A stretch of DNA of 60,620 nt, the filler included. It is 6 parts of 6 records of this genome, joined end to end, with 100 filler letters (N's around TTAATTAATTAA, not from the genome) between each part and the next. Parts side by side here need not be neighbours in the genome. Positions count along the whole stretch, not along the records: positions 36,845 to 47,683 come from SRR2962707_3748; positions 47,784 to 60,620 come from SRR2962707_3749; 4 more parts are not named here. One strand, given 5' to 3'. The position numbers and the translations under genes were made by a program. Shown in pieces: positions 44,815 through 55,710 of this stretch. The notes below the pieces were generated by a model, which had not been told where the DNA came from, did no database searches, and worked only from the letters and a program-made list of their open reading frames with translations. The first letter of the stretch is position 1. The number at the start of each line of letters is the position of its first letter.

Positions 44815-47262
44815 TTAATCTCTTTTTATTGAGCTAAGTCCTTTGCTGTCAGATGACACGCGGGCATCTCCTCGATAGCGAATACTGCTGGCGCCAGATG
44901 CATCTGCTTCCAGTTCATTTTTTACATAAACTTTAGCAGTTGAAGCTCCTGAAGCTGTGATATCTGCATCCTCCACAATAAAGTTGAACGCATCTAATTC
45001 AGAAGCCCCTGTCAAGTCAGCTTTAAGATCATCGCCATTGCCAATAAGAGTCAATTCCGAAGCGCCGGTAAGGTCAACCTGTAAATAGCCAACATTCACG
45101 TCGGCCCACACATCAGATGCGCCCTCGATATCAAACGTCATTTCCGAACCGGAAAAGTCCCGGATCTCCCCCACACAAGCACCAGTAGCCCGAAGGTATT
45201 CGAGCTCTGGCATCCTAATGAATACTTTGATTTTATCCCTTCGCTTTCGGTTCTTCCACCAGTCCGTATTCCTTCCGTACCTGATTTCTAATTCATCTCC
45301 GGTTTGGCTGAGATAAACTTCGTCCAACTCATCATCATCGCCTTCCAGCCTTACAGAGTACTCATCTCCCCTGGTGATTTCGAAATCGAAAAGTGAGATC
45401 AGCTCCACTTCATCAAAATCAGTAAACTGATACTCCTGGCTATCTCCGCCAGTCGAGCTTCGATTATATGATGAAATTTCCCTGTCTTCCTCTTTGCAGG
45501 TCAGACACTTCAATCCACTTTCATCAAATACCCATTCATTATCTCCCAAATCACCGGCATCATATCCGTGAATCCATAGGGTATTTCTGAGAATATCCCT
45601 CAAGTCATAGTCCATTTTGAAGACCTTACCGTGCGGGATGTAGAAGGTGGCAGAAACATCCTGGAATCTAAAGGGCGCATCTCCGAAAGTAATTTCCGAA
45701 TCGAAGTAAATCACATTTCCATCCTGAGTGACAATGTAGTCAACTGCCTCACCATTTTCCCGTGCATTATCACGAGAGTAACCTCTTGAATCGAATTCCA
45801 TTTCAAGCAGGAAGGCTGTGGAATCTTCATGACCCCTGATTTTAAGATCAACACTGTGATATGAATTCCAGTCAAGATCATTGAGCTTAAGCTCTGTTAT
45901 TCCATCACTCACCATGAAAGTCTTCTCTTCCTTAAAAGTGCTCTCAACGCTATAATCACGTATGATAGTAGGTACTGCTATTGCAAGACCAATCAGTCCG
46001 AGCAACCAGAGTCCAAACATTCCCCAGGCGACAAAAGCATTGGTTACTTTCTTCTTTACGATAATCACCAGACCAAGTAAAAGCAGAGCAAGTGATGGGA
46101 CTACCGATGTGATATAAGCTGAGACAATGGCTATTGTACTCATGGAACTGAACAATTCGCGAGCCGGGAAGTCTCCAAAGTGAACCCAGGATTCCATTGC
46201 TCCGCCAACACCCAATAGTGTGGCAAGTGAAATCGTGAAGGCTACCATGAAAACAAACCCAAGAAACACAAGGAATACACCTACAGCTACACGGAGAACC
46301 TCTACTCCCACCTTCAAAAGTGGGCCTAAGATTTCTCCTAGTGCTTTGAAAATCATAGCTATCAAACGGAATGGGAAAAGTAGAATTTTTACGAAAACGC
46401 TTTCTTCTCCTTCTTTCACATTCAGGCTTCTTTTCACATTTTCCTCAATGTTGGAAATAGTGACAGGCTCTCCCTGCATCTGCATTTTCTCAGTAATGGA
46501 TTTAGCCTCTGGTGTTATGATCCACATGATCAGGTAAACCAATAAGCCGGCTCCACCTAAGAAGATAGAAACAACAAATATTACCCGAATAACGACCGGA
46601 TCTGTTCCAAAGTAAGAAGCTATACCACCAGCAACTCCTCCTAACACGCGATCATCGGTGCTTCTGAATAGCTTTTTGACAGCTTTGTCATCTTCCAGTT
46701 TATCACTACCAGGCACTGCAATCCATAAAATGATGTAGGCAAGTAAAGTAAATCCACTCAAGCCCCAGAAAAAGATATTAAAAAGGAAAGCAAGCATTAA
46801 GAGTCGTACCCAGATTGGGTCTATACCAAAATAATTGGCAATTCCTGCTGCTACTCCTCCAATGACTTTTCGCTTATTATCACGATAAAGTCGTTTCGCT
46901 TTTTCGTAAGAACTTTTAGGCTCTTCCTGCTTTTCTTCTTCGGCCTGCTCCTGTTGCTCCTCAGCCTTTTCAGCTTTCTCATCTGGATCGGGGGTAATCG
47001 ATTCCTCAAAATCTTTTGTGGTACCCATTGTGGCAATCAGATCATTCACATCTTCCTTCGTGATGATTTGCTTGCCTTCGTCAAGTTTAGAAAGAAAAAT
47101 TTCAGCGATTCTTCCCTCAATATCGTCAATGATTTCCTTGCTGTCTTCGAAAGAAGAAAAGTACTTATTGACCGAGTCGAGGTAATTTTTCAGTTTATCA
47201 TATCCATCCTCTTCGATGTGGAATATGATACCGCCAATGTTGATACTTATATTCTTTTTCAT
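44815..47262 (-). CDS. PspC-domain membrane protein (two PspC repeats, TM block, extracytoplasmic region ending in a DUF2807/GIN-like beta-repeat)
   Basis: KRLYRD..RKVIGGVAAGIA.YFGIDP and KLFRS..DRVLGGVAGGIA; C-terminal repeated TGAS/SGAS units. Confidence 0.88.
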   Translation of the reverse strand: MKKNISINIGGIIFHIEEDGYDKLKNYLDSVNKYFSSFEDSKEIIDDIEGRIAEIFLSKLDEGKQIITKEDVNDLIATMGTTKDFEESITPDPDEKAEKAEEQQEQAEEEKQEEPKSSYEKAKRLYRDNKRKVIGGVAAGIANYFGIDPIWVRLLMLAFLFNIFFWGLSGFTLLAYIILWIAVPGSDKLEDDKAVKKLFRSTDDRVLGGVAGGIASYFGTDPVVIRVIFVVSIFLGGAGLLVYLIMWIITPEAKSITEKMQMQGEPVTISNIEENVKRSLNVKEGEESVFVKILLFPFRLIAMIFKALGEILGPLLKVGVEVLRVAVGVFLVFLGFVFMVAFTISLATLLGVGGAMESWVHFGDFPARELFSSMSTIAIVSAYITSVVPSLALLLLGLVIIVKKKVTNAFVAWGMFGLWLLGLIGLAIAVPTIIRDYSVESTFKEEKTFMVSDGITELKLNDLDWNSYHSVDLKIRGHEDSTAFLLEMEFDSRGYSRDNARENGEAVDYIVTQDGNVIYFDSEITFGDAPFRFQDVSATFYIPHGKVFKMDYDLRDILRNTLWIHGYDAGDLGDNEWVFDESGLKCLTCKEEDREISSYNRSSTGGDSQEYQFTDFDEVELISLFDFEITRGDEYSVRLEGDDDELDEVYLSQTGDELEIRYGRNTDWWKNRKRRDKIKVFIRMPELEYLRATGACVGEIRDFSGSEMTFDIEGASDVWADVNVGYLQVDLTGASELTLIGNGDDLKADLTGASELDAFNFIVEDADITASGASTAKVYVKNELEADASGASSIRYRGDARVSSDSKGLSSIKRD

Positions 47263-47606
47263 GATTTCTTCTTCGTGTTTTTATTCGCGATGATTTTTTT
47301 GGTTGAGCCTACCAGCTCTGTCCAGGTCTGATCCAGACCTTTAAGGAATTTTTCTCCATCCTTGGTCAGGGTATAGTATTTACGTGGAGGTCCTGATTTC
47401 GATTCTACCCACTTATAATCTGCCAGTCCGGCTTTTCTTAGTCGGGTAAGCAGTGGGTAGAGGGTTCCTTCCACCACCATTATTTTTGCGGAAGTAAGTT
47501 CTTCCAACAAGTCGGAAGCATAAACCTCTCCCCTGGATATAATGTGCAAGATGCAGAACTCCAGTATCCCTTTTCTCATCTGAACTTGTGTGTTTTCAAT
47601 ATTCAT
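47259..47606 (-). CDS. PadR family regulator
   Basis: QMRKGILE, EGTLYPLLTRL, GPPRKYY; 4-nt overlap with the PspC gene. Confidence 0.94.
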   Translation of the reverse strand: MNIENTQVQMRKGILEFCILHIISRGEVYASDLLEELTSAKIMVVEGTLYPLLTRLRKAGLADYKWVESKSGPPRKYYTLTKDGEKFLKGLDQTWTELVGSTKKIIANKNTKKKS

Positions 47607-47683
47607 TTTGTTGCTCTCATTTCAAGTCAAACTTTCATTACGCATGGATAGGTTTTCAGTGCTATATACGTAAAGGTACTTTG

Positions 47684-47783
47684 NNNNNNNNNNNNNNNNN
47701 NNNNNNNNNNNNNNNNNNNNNNNNNNNTTAATTAATTAANNNNNNNNNNNNNNNNNNNNNNNNNNNNNNNNNNNNNNNNNNNN
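47684..47783. other. Artificial contig spacer
   Basis: 44 N + TTAATTAATTAA + 44 N. Confidence 0.98.
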
Positions 47784-49190
47784 GCCGCCTTTCCACGCGC
47801 GGGTGGTAAAGCCAAGGATTTCCACTTTAACGCCGCAGCGCTCAAGCGTGCGGGCTAGAATGTCTGCGCATGTCGCAGCCACAGTGATCGGCCGTCCGCG
47901 CATTGAGCCGGAATTATCGATAAGCAAAGTGACGACCGTGTCGCGGAAGTTCGTGTCTTTTTCGCGCTTGAACGATAGTGCGCCAAAGCCGCCAGCCTGT
48001 TCTTCAATGATGATACGAGGCAAACGCGCAGGATCGAGATAACCTTCTTCAAGGTCAAAATCCCACGTGCGGTTTTGCTGGGCCATCAAGCGGCGTTGCA
48101 GGCGGTTTGCCAAGCGACCGACAACGCCTTGCAAATTGGCAAGTTGTTTGTCGAGGAATATGCGCAAGCGCGCTAATTCAGCCTCGTCGCAAAGTTCTTC
48201 TGCGCCAATGGTTTCATCAAATTCAGTGCTGTAAACTTTATAATCAATGTCCGAAAGAATATCATTATAGCCCGTATCTGGCCGGTCTGCATCGCCCGGC
48301 TCTTCGGTTTCCGCATCAATATCCTGATCCATCTCATCGGATGTCATTTCCGATGGATCCATCTCACCATCTTCAGACTGATCGCTCTCAATGGGCGTGT
48401 CGTCCTGTTCGGTGCTTTCGTCGTCAGACTGTTGGTCGTCTAGACCGCCATCTTCATCTTGATCATCTTGGTCTTGCTGTTGCTCTTCGTCGGACTGTTC
48501 GTCCTCATTGTCTTGGCCGTCGCCTTCATATTCCTCAGCCATTTCCATCTGCACGAGAATATCGCGCACGGTTTTGGCAAAGGTCGATTGGTTTTCAATA
48601 GCGCCTTCAAGCTGGTCAATTTGCGCGCCAGCCTTATCGTTGATCCATTCGCGCCAAATATCTGCCACCGCGCTAGCGCCTTCCGGTGTCGGGCGGCCAG
48701 TTAAGCGTTCACGGACGATAAGGCCTATCGCTTCTTCAATGGGTGCGTTTTCTTTTTCAACGACACCAGACAGGTTTGAGCGAATAAATTTATCTTCGAT
48801 CATTGCTGCGATGTTATCGCCGATACCGGTCATGCGGCGTGTGCCGATTGATTCAACACGGGCTTGTTCAATCGCATCATAGACAGCGCGGGCTTGGTCA
48901 CCATCGGGCATCATCGTGCGGTGAACCACGCTGTCGTGGCAAGCAGCACGTAGCGCCATTGAATCTCCAACGCCGCGCGTGATCATGATATCGTTTTTGG
49001 TGATACGTTTTGGCAGTTCGGGCAGGCGCGCATGATTGCCTGCAAAAGCTGGCTTGTCTTTTGAGAAGACAACCTCCAGCTCTTGCTGACCAGAGATCGC
49101 GCGCATGCAGCCGGTTACCGCGCGTTTGAACGGCTCGGTATCGGCCATCTTATTGGATCGTTTCGCGCTGTTATCGCCCGGTCCAACCAT
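47784..49190 (-). CDS. cobT: Cobaltochelatase subunit CobT (3'-partial)
   Basis: EQARVE, acidic linker, [35 protein letters not shown]. Confidence 0.95.
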
Positions 49191-49195
49191 TGTAC

Positions 49196-50182
49196 TTAGC
49201 TCAATGCAACATTGACGGCTGATTCTGACAATTCAACGCCAAAGCAACGCTGGTAGAACTCAGCAACCAAGCTGCGCTCAAGGTCGTCACATTTATTCAA
49301 GAATGTGAGGCGGAACGACATGCCGACATCATGGAAGATTTCATCATTTTCAGCCCATGTGATCACGGTGCGTGGTGACATGACGGTAGAAAGGTCGCCC
49401 GCCATAAAGGCGCTACGGGTCAAGTCCGCCAAACGAACCATTGAATTGACGATCTCGCGGCCTTTAGGATTTTGATAATGCTTGGCTTTTGCCAATACGA
49501 TTTCAACTTCCTGATCATGCGGTAGATAGTTCAGGGTTGTCACGATTGACCAACGGTCCATCTGCGCTTGGTTGATTTGCTGCGTGCCATGGTAAAGGCC
49601 TGTCGTATCGCCAAGGCCAACAGTGTTGGCTGTTGCGAACAAACGGAAAGCAGGGTGTGGGCGAATGACGCGGCTCTGGTCAAGCAAAGTCAAGCGACCA
49701 GCTGATTCCAACACGCGCTGGATAACAAACATCACATCGGGACGGCCAGCATCATATTCATCGAAAATCAGCGCGACATTGTTTTGGTAAGCCCAAGGCA
49801 AAATACCATCGCGGAATTCGGTGACCTGTTTGCCATCGTTTAGGACAATCGCATCTTTACCAACAAGGTCGATACGGCTGACATGGCTATCAAGGTTGAT
49901 ACGTACCGCTGGCCATTTTAGGCGCGCTGCGACTTGTTCAATGTGGGTGGATTTACCAGTGCCGTGATAGCCGGAAACCATGACGCGGCGATTATGGGCA
50001 AAGCCTGCAAGAATCGCGAGCGTTGTCGCCTTATCAAATAAATAGTCTGGATCAACTTCCGGCACATGCGAGTTTGCTTGGCTGAATGCAGGAACTCTAA
50101 GGTCCACATCGATCCCAAAAGTTTCGCGTACATCAACGGTGATATCGGGTATATCAACGACATTGAGATCGATCTTATTCAT
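49196..50182 (-). CDS. cobS: Cobaltochelatase subunit CobS (AAA+)
   Basis: [33 protein letters not shown]. Confidence 0.96.
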   Translation of the reverse strand: MNKIDLNVVDIPDITVDVRETFGIDVDLRVPAFSQANSHVPEVDPDYLFDKATTLAILAGFAHNRRVMVSGYHGTGKSTHIEQVAARLKWPAVRINLDSHVSRIDLVGKDAIVLNDGKQVTEFRDGILPWAYQNNVALIFDEYDAGRPDVMFVIQRVLESAGRLTLLDQSRVIRPHPAFRLFATANTVGLGDTTGLYHGTQQINQAQMDRWSIVTTLNYLPHDQEVEIVLAKAKHYQNPKGREIVNSMVRLADLTRSAFMAGDLSTVMSPRTVITWAENDEIFHDVGMSFRLTFLNKCDDLERSLVAEFYQRCFGVELSESAVNVALS

Positions 50183-50259
50183 TTTGCCTCCTAGATGCGC
50201 CGTCCGGCCTACATCTTCGTCTTAACATTGTGTTTGCGGGTATGATTTGCCTTTAGCTG

Positions 50260-50874
50260 CTAGCACATCCCTGCTGATTTCAAAATCTTATGTGCTTGAA
50301 CTACTTCGCGGAAAATTTCTTCCGAGGTGCGGTCGCCGCCATTGGCATCTGGATGGTGCTTTTTAACAAGCTCTTTATAGCGCGCCTTTATCTCATCGGA
50401 AGTCGCGGTTTTTTCCAAACCCAGCGTGCGGATGGCTTTCGCTTCCAGCGGTTTTAGGCGGCGCACAGGCTTGGCGTTGAGAACATTGTTCCACGCAGAA
50501 GGGTCACGCATACGCATTGCCTTTGCGGAGCCTGATTTCATATCTGAGAAAATAGGCGTGGTGTTTTGCGCTGTGCTTGATGTGCCCATTTTCCAAGTCG
50601 GGCGGTCGCCCACTTGTGAACTTTTTTGAAATTTCGCGATGTCGTCGTCGGACAAGCCAGAAAAATAATTGTAGTTTTTATTATATTCGCGCACGTGATC
50701 TACGCAGAACCACATATATTCGCCTTCACGATTGCGACCCGCAGGCGCTTTATGCGCACCAGGTTTGTCGCAACCGGCCCATTGGCACATATTGCGCGCG
50801 GCTTCTTCAGCCTTCTTCTTTTTGCCGTCCGGGTTAATGCGGATGCTATCGAAATATTTAGAACGTGAAGTCAT
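50260..50874 (-). CDS. J-domain protein with Cys-rich N-terminus
   Basis: CQWAGC, FCVDHVREYN, C-terminal HHPD. Confidence 0.9.
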   Translation of the reverse strand: MTSRSKYFDSIRINPDGKKKKAEEAARNMCQWAGCDKPGAHKAPAGRNREGEYMWFCVDHVREYNKNYNYFSGLSDDDIAKFQKSSQVGDRPTWKMGTSSTAQNTTPIFSDMKSGSAKAMRMRDPSAWNNVLNAKPVRRLKPLEAKAIRTLGLEKTATSDEIKARYKELVKKHHPDANGGDRTSEEIFREVVQAHKILKSAGMC

Positions 50875-51014
50875 GACACCTAAGGGGCTCATAGCCCATA
50901 AACAAGGATTGACAGTAAAGCCGCATGCACAATAGGCACGTATTATACAGATGTGAGGCGACGAACCGGTTTAACGGGTGATCGCCTTTGTTGCAAGGCA
51001 CAAGAGGCAAGCAA

Positions 51015-51302
51015 ATGGGTCCAATTGAAAAACAAATCGTCGAAACGCTCAATAAGGCGCTATCTCCAACCCGTCTTGAGGTGATTAATGAGAGCCATTT
51101 GCATGCGGGTCATGCGGGTGGCTCGGCGGATGGTTCAGGCGAAAGCCACATGCGCGTGCGTGTGATTTCCGCCAAATTTGATGAGATGGGCCGCGTGCAG
51201 CGCCACCGCATGATCAATGAGCTTTTAAAACCTGTGCTTGATGGCGGGCTTCATGCGCTGGCGATTGAACCTGCTTCAACGCGCGATCAAGTGCGCTGGT
51301 AG
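51015..51302 (+). CDS. bolA: BolA family protein
   Basis: ESHLHAGH, ESH, RVQRHR, GLHALAI. Confidence 0.92.
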   Translation: MGPIEKQIVETLNKALSPTRLEVINESHLHAGHAGGSADGSGESHMRVRVISAKFDEMGRVQRHRMINELLKPVLDGGLHALAIEPASTRDQVRW

Positions 51303-51323
51303 GCTGCGCTGGTAGGCGCTGTC

Positions 51324-52580
51324 TTACATAGGTCGAATGCGCAATCGTTCAATACGGTTTTTAACCCGTTTAAGAACGACAAAGCGCTTGCCGTAAAAAG
51401 TGAAGGCTTGTTTTTCATTGGGGATCAGTTTTGCCTCATGAATAACAAGACCTGCGATGGTGGTTGCCTCTTCATCGGGCAACTCCCAGCCAAGCGCTCT
51501 GTTTAGATCGCGAATCGGCACCGAACCATCGACAACGACTGAGCCATCGGCTTCGGTTTTAACGCCAGACATATCAACATCATGCTCATCGGCAATTTCG
51601 CCGACAATTTCTTCAATGATGTCTTCGAGCGTCACGAGGCCTTCGAGCTCACCATATTCATCGACCACGATAGCCACATGGGCTTTACGGCGCAGGAATG
51701 AATTGAGCTGATCGTGGAGCATTGTTGCGTCAGGCACAAACCAAGGCTTGTTGGCGATCTTCATGATATCGATTTTTGTCGGGTCGTTGTTTACCTGATG
51801 CAGTGCGCGGAGCATGTCTTTTGCATGAACGATGCCTACGATATTGTCGGTTTTATCGCGCCAGATTGGCAGCCTTGTGTATTGGCTTTCAAGAATTTGC
51901 GTTACAATTTGATCCGCCGGATCATTGGCATTGATCATTTCCATAGACGTGCGATGAACCATTACGTCGCTGACGTCGAGTTCATTGAGATCGAGCAAAC
52001 CGCCAAGGCGCGCGCGGTCTTCATTGTCAAATGAGCCTTCTTCGTGAAGCACTTCAACCGTGCCGCGCAGCTCGTCATGGCCAGACAGGATTGATTGATT
52101 TTCGCCAAACTCAACACCGAAGCCGCGCAAAATTAGTCGCACGACATAATCTACGGCTTTTGCCAGTGGTGAGACAAAAAATACAAAAACGCGAATGGCT
52201 GGAACAACAAAAAGCGCGAATTGATTTGTTTGCGAAATCGCCAAGTATTTCGGTAAAACTTCCGCAAAAATGACCAGCAATATGGTCATGATTATCGTCG
52301 CATAGACAACGCCGCTATCGCCAAAAACTTGCAAGAATAGTGTCGTTGCAAGCGCTGACGACATAATATTTATCAGATTGTTGCCGATCAAAAGCGCGCC
52401 GATAAGGCGTTCTTTGTTCTCAGTCAACAAAGTCACTGATTGAGCGCGCGCATTGCCCTGATTTCCAAGCTGGCGCATGGATCCGCGCGAAACGGCTGTG
52501 AGGGCTGTTTCGGATCCGGAGAAGAAACCGGAAATAACAATGAGGAAGGCGATTGCACCGGCTGTAATCCAGATATCCAT
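51324..52580 (-). CDS. HlyC/CorC (CNNM-CBS-CorC) transporter
   Basis: FFSGSETA, IFAEVLPK, VVDEYG..EGLVTLEDIIEEIVGEI.DE. Confidence 0.94.
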   Translation of the reverse strand: MDIWITAGAIAFLIVISGFFSGSETALTAVSRGSMRQLGNQGNARAQSVTLLTENKERLIGALLIGNNLINIMSSALATTLFLQVFGDSGVVYATIIMTILLVIFAEVLPKYLAISQTNQFALFVVPAIRVFVFFVSPLAKAVDYVVRLILRGFGVEFGENQSILSGHDELRGTVEVLHEEGSFDNEDRARLGGLLDLNELDVSDVMVHRTSMEMINANDPADQIVTQILESQYTRLPIWRDKTDNIVGIVHAKDMLRALHQVNNDPTKIDIMKIANKPWFVPDATMLHDQLNSFLRRKAHVAIVVDEYGELEGLVTLEDIIEEIVGEIADEHDVDMSGVKTEADGSVVVDGSVPIRDLNRALGWELPDEEATTIAGLVIHEAKLIPNEKQAFTFYGKRFVVLKRVKNRIERLRIRPM

Positions 52581-53705
52581 CTAGCTCTCCAAAATTTCTT
52601 TTAAGAATGCATGCACTTCAGAAGGCGGTACGTCATTGGCGACAAATGATTTGCCAATGCCGTGCGTTAAAATGAAAGTAAGTGTGCCACGGCTGACTTT
52701 TTTGTCTTGGGCGATGAAGTCCATCATCTGATCGGCGCTTGTAACATATTCTTTGACATAGCTTAAATCGGTCGGCAGGCCGACTTTTTCAAGATAGGTC
52801 TTTATGCGCTTTGTGTCATCGGTTGATGCAAGGTTCATGCGCGATGAAAATGCGTGTGCGAGAACCATGCCGATGGCAACCCCTTCGCCGTGCACCAAAA
52901 CATCAGATTGATATTTTGTTATGCCCTCCAGCGCATGGCCGAATGTATGGCCGAGGTTTAGCAAGGCGCGTTCGCCCGCTTCAAATTCATCGCGGGCAAC
53001 AACGCCAGCCTTTGAGCGGCATGATGTGGCGACCGCATGGACCCGCGCTTCACCGCCTGCTTTTACGGCATCCCAATTGTTTTCGAGCCACTCGTAAAAT
53101 TCAGGATCATTGATCAAGCCATATTTAATGACTTCGGCAAAACCAGCGCGGAATTCACGGTCAGAAAGAGTGTCGAGGATAGCGGTATCTGCGATCACTA
53201 GTTTTGGCTGATAAAATACACCAATCAGGTTTTTGCCCTGCGGTGAATTAATCGCTGTTTTGCCGCCAACGGAACTGTCGACTTGCGCCAAGAGCGACGT
53301 TGGAATTTGAATCAAGTTCATGCCGCGGCGCACGATCGATGCGGTAAAGCCGGTGAGGTCGCCGATTACGCCGCCTCCAAAGGCGATGACCGCATCGCTT
53401 CGCTCTAAGCGAAGCGCAATAATGGCTTCAACGACTTCTTGCAGATGGGCATAGCTTTTGGTTGCTTCGCCTGCCGGTAATATGATCGGAGAAGCCTCGA
53501 TGCCTTGCGCACTTAAACTAGCCTGCAGTGCTTCTAAGTGAAGTGCGGCAACATTTTCATCGGTGACGATGGCGCATTTTGCTTTTGGCAGCAGGGCTTT
53601 GATGCGTTCGCCCGCAGAGGCTAACTCATTCGGGCCGATAATAATATCGTAGCTTCTTCCTTTAAGGTCGACGGTGACAATTTGCGATGTAATAGATGTC
53701 GTCAT
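52581..53705 (-). CDS. aroB: 3-dehydroquinate synthase
   Basis: GEATK, GGGVIGD, PTSLLAQVDSSVGGKT, LNLGHTFGHALE, HGE. Confidence 0.97.
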   Translation of the reverse strand: MTTSITSQIVTVDLKGRSYDIIIGPNELASAGERIKALLPKAKCAIVTDENVAALHLEALQASLSAQGIEASPIILPAGEATKSYAHLQEVVEAIIALRLERSDAVIAFGGGVIGDLTGFTASIVRRGMNLIQIPTSLLAQVDSSVGGKTAINSPQGKNLIGVFYQPKLVIADTAILDTLSDREFRAGFAEVIKYGLINDPEFYEWLENNWDAVKAGGEARVHAVATSCRSKAGVVARDEFEAGERALLNLGHTFGHALEGITKYQSDVLVHGEGVAIGMVLAHAFSSRMNLASTDDTKRIKTYLEKVGLPTDLSYVKEYVTSADQMMDFIAQDKKVSRGTLTFILTHGIGKSFVANDVPPSEVHAFLKEILES

Positions 53706-54295
53706 TTTGTCGTTTCGTCCTTTTGGTGCTTGCGGATATAATTTGCCAATTCAGTGATCACGATGGCCGCCATCTTGTCTTTTGTTACATCTTGCGATGC
53801 CACTTCGATGTCCGCCTCAGCATAGATTGGGTAGCGCTCATCCATCAGTTTGAGCATCACACCGCGCGGATCTGGATTTTTTAAAAGCGGGCGCGTTGCT
53901 TTTTTGCTAACGCGTTCCATCAGTAGATCAATACCGGCCGATAGCCATAGAGAAATGCCATTTTGGTGAATTTCATTGCGGGTTTCGGCGTTCATGAATG
54001 CACCGCCGCCAGTGGCTAATATCTGTGGGCCTTTTTCTAGAACCCGCTTGATGACGCTGGCTTCAAGGCGGCGAAATTCTGGCTCGCCATAGGATTCAAA
54101 TATCTCAGCGACCGGCATTTTCGCGGCGGTTTCTATTTCTGTGTCACCATCGATAAAGGGGATATCAAGAAGCGTCGCAATTTTCCGGCCGATAACAGAT
54201 TTACCTGCGCCCATAAGGCCAACAAGTGCAATTGAGTTGGTACCCAAATAATCACGAATTAAGTTGATTTCGTCTGTCAACTGAGCGTTCTTCAT
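53702..54295 (-). CDS. aroK: Shikimate kinase
   Basis: GLMGAGKS, GEPEFR, ATGGG, RPLL. Confidence 0.96.
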   Translation of the reverse strand: MKNAQLTDEINLIRDYLGTNSIALVGLMGAGKSVIGRKIATLLDIPFIDGDTEIETAAKMPVAEIFESYGEPEFRRLEASVIKRVLEKGPQILATGGGAFMNAETRNEIHQNGISLWLSAGIDLLMERVSKKATRPLLKNPDPRGVMLKLMDERYPIYAEADIEVASQDVTKDKMAAIVITELANYIRKHQKDETTK

Positions 54296-54431
54296 CTGTC
54301 CGTCCTAATTCCTCTGCGCTTAGCGCATGAACCCGCCATTGCTGTCAAGAATTGGTGTACGGTATTGGCTGTTGATTTGTTATTATTATAGCCGCATATG
54401 TAGTGACAAGTATCATTTACGTGGCGGAAGA

Positions 54432-54647
54432 ATGCCTACCCTTATTCGAATTACCATGACGCTCTGTGTTCTTGTTGCCGCGATTTATGGTGCCATGTAC
54501 CTATTGGTCATTTTTTTGGAACCTGCTCCCCGTCCGATGGTTGAGCGCGTTTCGCCCAAGATTTTCAGCGGCATTGAAGAAGCTAGAAAAGCAGCGGCAG
54601 AGGAAGAAATTGATCCGGCATTGCGCAAAAAGCTAAATGTGAACTAA
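54432..54647 (+). CDS. Small single-TM protein
   Basis: MPTLIR...AAIYGAMYLL...EP; lies between aroK and xerD. Confidence 0.7.
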   Translation: MPTLIRITMTLCVLVAAIYGAMYLLVIFLEPAPRPMVERVSPKIFSGIEEARKAAAEEEIDPALRKKLNVN

Positions 54648-54693
54648 GGCGGCGCTTTCCTAATCAGTAAGAATTTTACTTTATGGTTTTGCC

Positions 54694-55611
54694 ATGATCG
54701 ATGCATTTCTTGAAATGATGAGCGCTGAGCGCGGCGCAGCAGAAAACACCCTTTCGTCCTATCGCAACGATTTGGACCAAGCGGCTGTCTTCATGGCACG
54801 CGTGCAGCGCACTAAACTTGCCGATGCAAAGAGCCAAGATATTTCCGCCTATTTACAGTCCATGGAAGCGGAAGGCTTTGCCGCCTCAAGTCAAGCGCGG
54901 CATTTATCTGCGCTCAAGCAGTTCTATTTGTTTTTATATGGTGAAGGCGTGCGCGGGGATGATCCAACGTCTGTCATTGATCCACCTAAAAAAAGCCGCC
55001 CTTTGCCCAAATCTCTGAGTGAAGATGAAGTTTCGCGGTTGCTGAGTGCGGCGGAGGCCCAAGCATTTGCCTGCGATGGCTCAGATAAAGCAAAAATGCA
55101 TGCCATGCGAAACCACGCTTTGCTTGAACTGCTCTATGCAACGGGATTGCGCGTAAGCGAATTAGTGACGTTGCCGCTATCGATCATTCGGGTCAATGAG
55201 CCATTTTTTATCGTTAAAGGCAAAGGCAATAAGGAGCGCATGGTGCCGTTTTCGCAAAAAGCCTTTGCCGCTATACAAGCCTATATCGCTTTGCGCGATA
55301 AAGATGAACGCGCAGGCGACTGCAAATGGCTGTTTCCTGCTGATAATTATGCGCAAGCGCTGGCGCGGCAGGTTTTTGCGCGTGATCTGAAAGGAATTGG
55401 TGCACGGTGCGGAATTATAGCTGAAAAACTATCGCCGCATGTTTTGCGCCACGCTTTTGCCACGCATCTTTTGCAAAATGGGGCAGATTTACGCGTTGTT
55501 CAGCAATTGCTGGGACATGCAGATATATCGACAACACAGATTTACACGCATATATTGGATGAAAGACTGCATGAATTGGTGTCAAATCACCACCCACTTG
55601 CACAAAAATGA
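54694..55611 (+). CDS. xerD: Tyrosine recombinase XerD
   Basis: [45 protein letters not shown]; aroK/accA context. Confidence 0.93.
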   Translation: MIDAFLEMMSAERGAAENTLSSYRNDLDQAAVFMARVQRTKLADAKSQDISAYLQSMEAEGFAASSQARHLSALKQFYLFLYGEGVRGDDPTSVIDPPKKSRPLPKSLSEDEVSRLLSAAEAQAFACDGSDKAKMHAMRNHALLELLYATGLRVSELVTLPLSIIRVNEPFFIVKGKGNKERMVPFSQKAFAAIQAYIALRDKDERAGDCKWLFPADNYAQALARQVFARDLKGIGARCGIIAEKLSPHVLRHAFATHLLQNGADLRVVQQLLGHADISTTQIYTHILDERLHELVSNHHPLAQK

Positions 55612-55710
55612 ACTGCGATGTTTACCGCAAAAGAATCAAAACCTTGACATCGGCTGCAAGAGCGGTCACCTCACAACCATCACTTTAGCGACGATTGCGA
55701 CTTATCATTT

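Noticed and set aside
51292-51317. 13-bp tandem duplication TGCGCTGGTAGGC across the bolA stop
   Set aside because: Protein unchanged and no element between the copies; likely slippage
54694-55611. Tyrosine recombinase as a phage or ICE integrase
   Set aside because: XerD length and motifs in a housekeeping aroK/accA context with no mobile cargo
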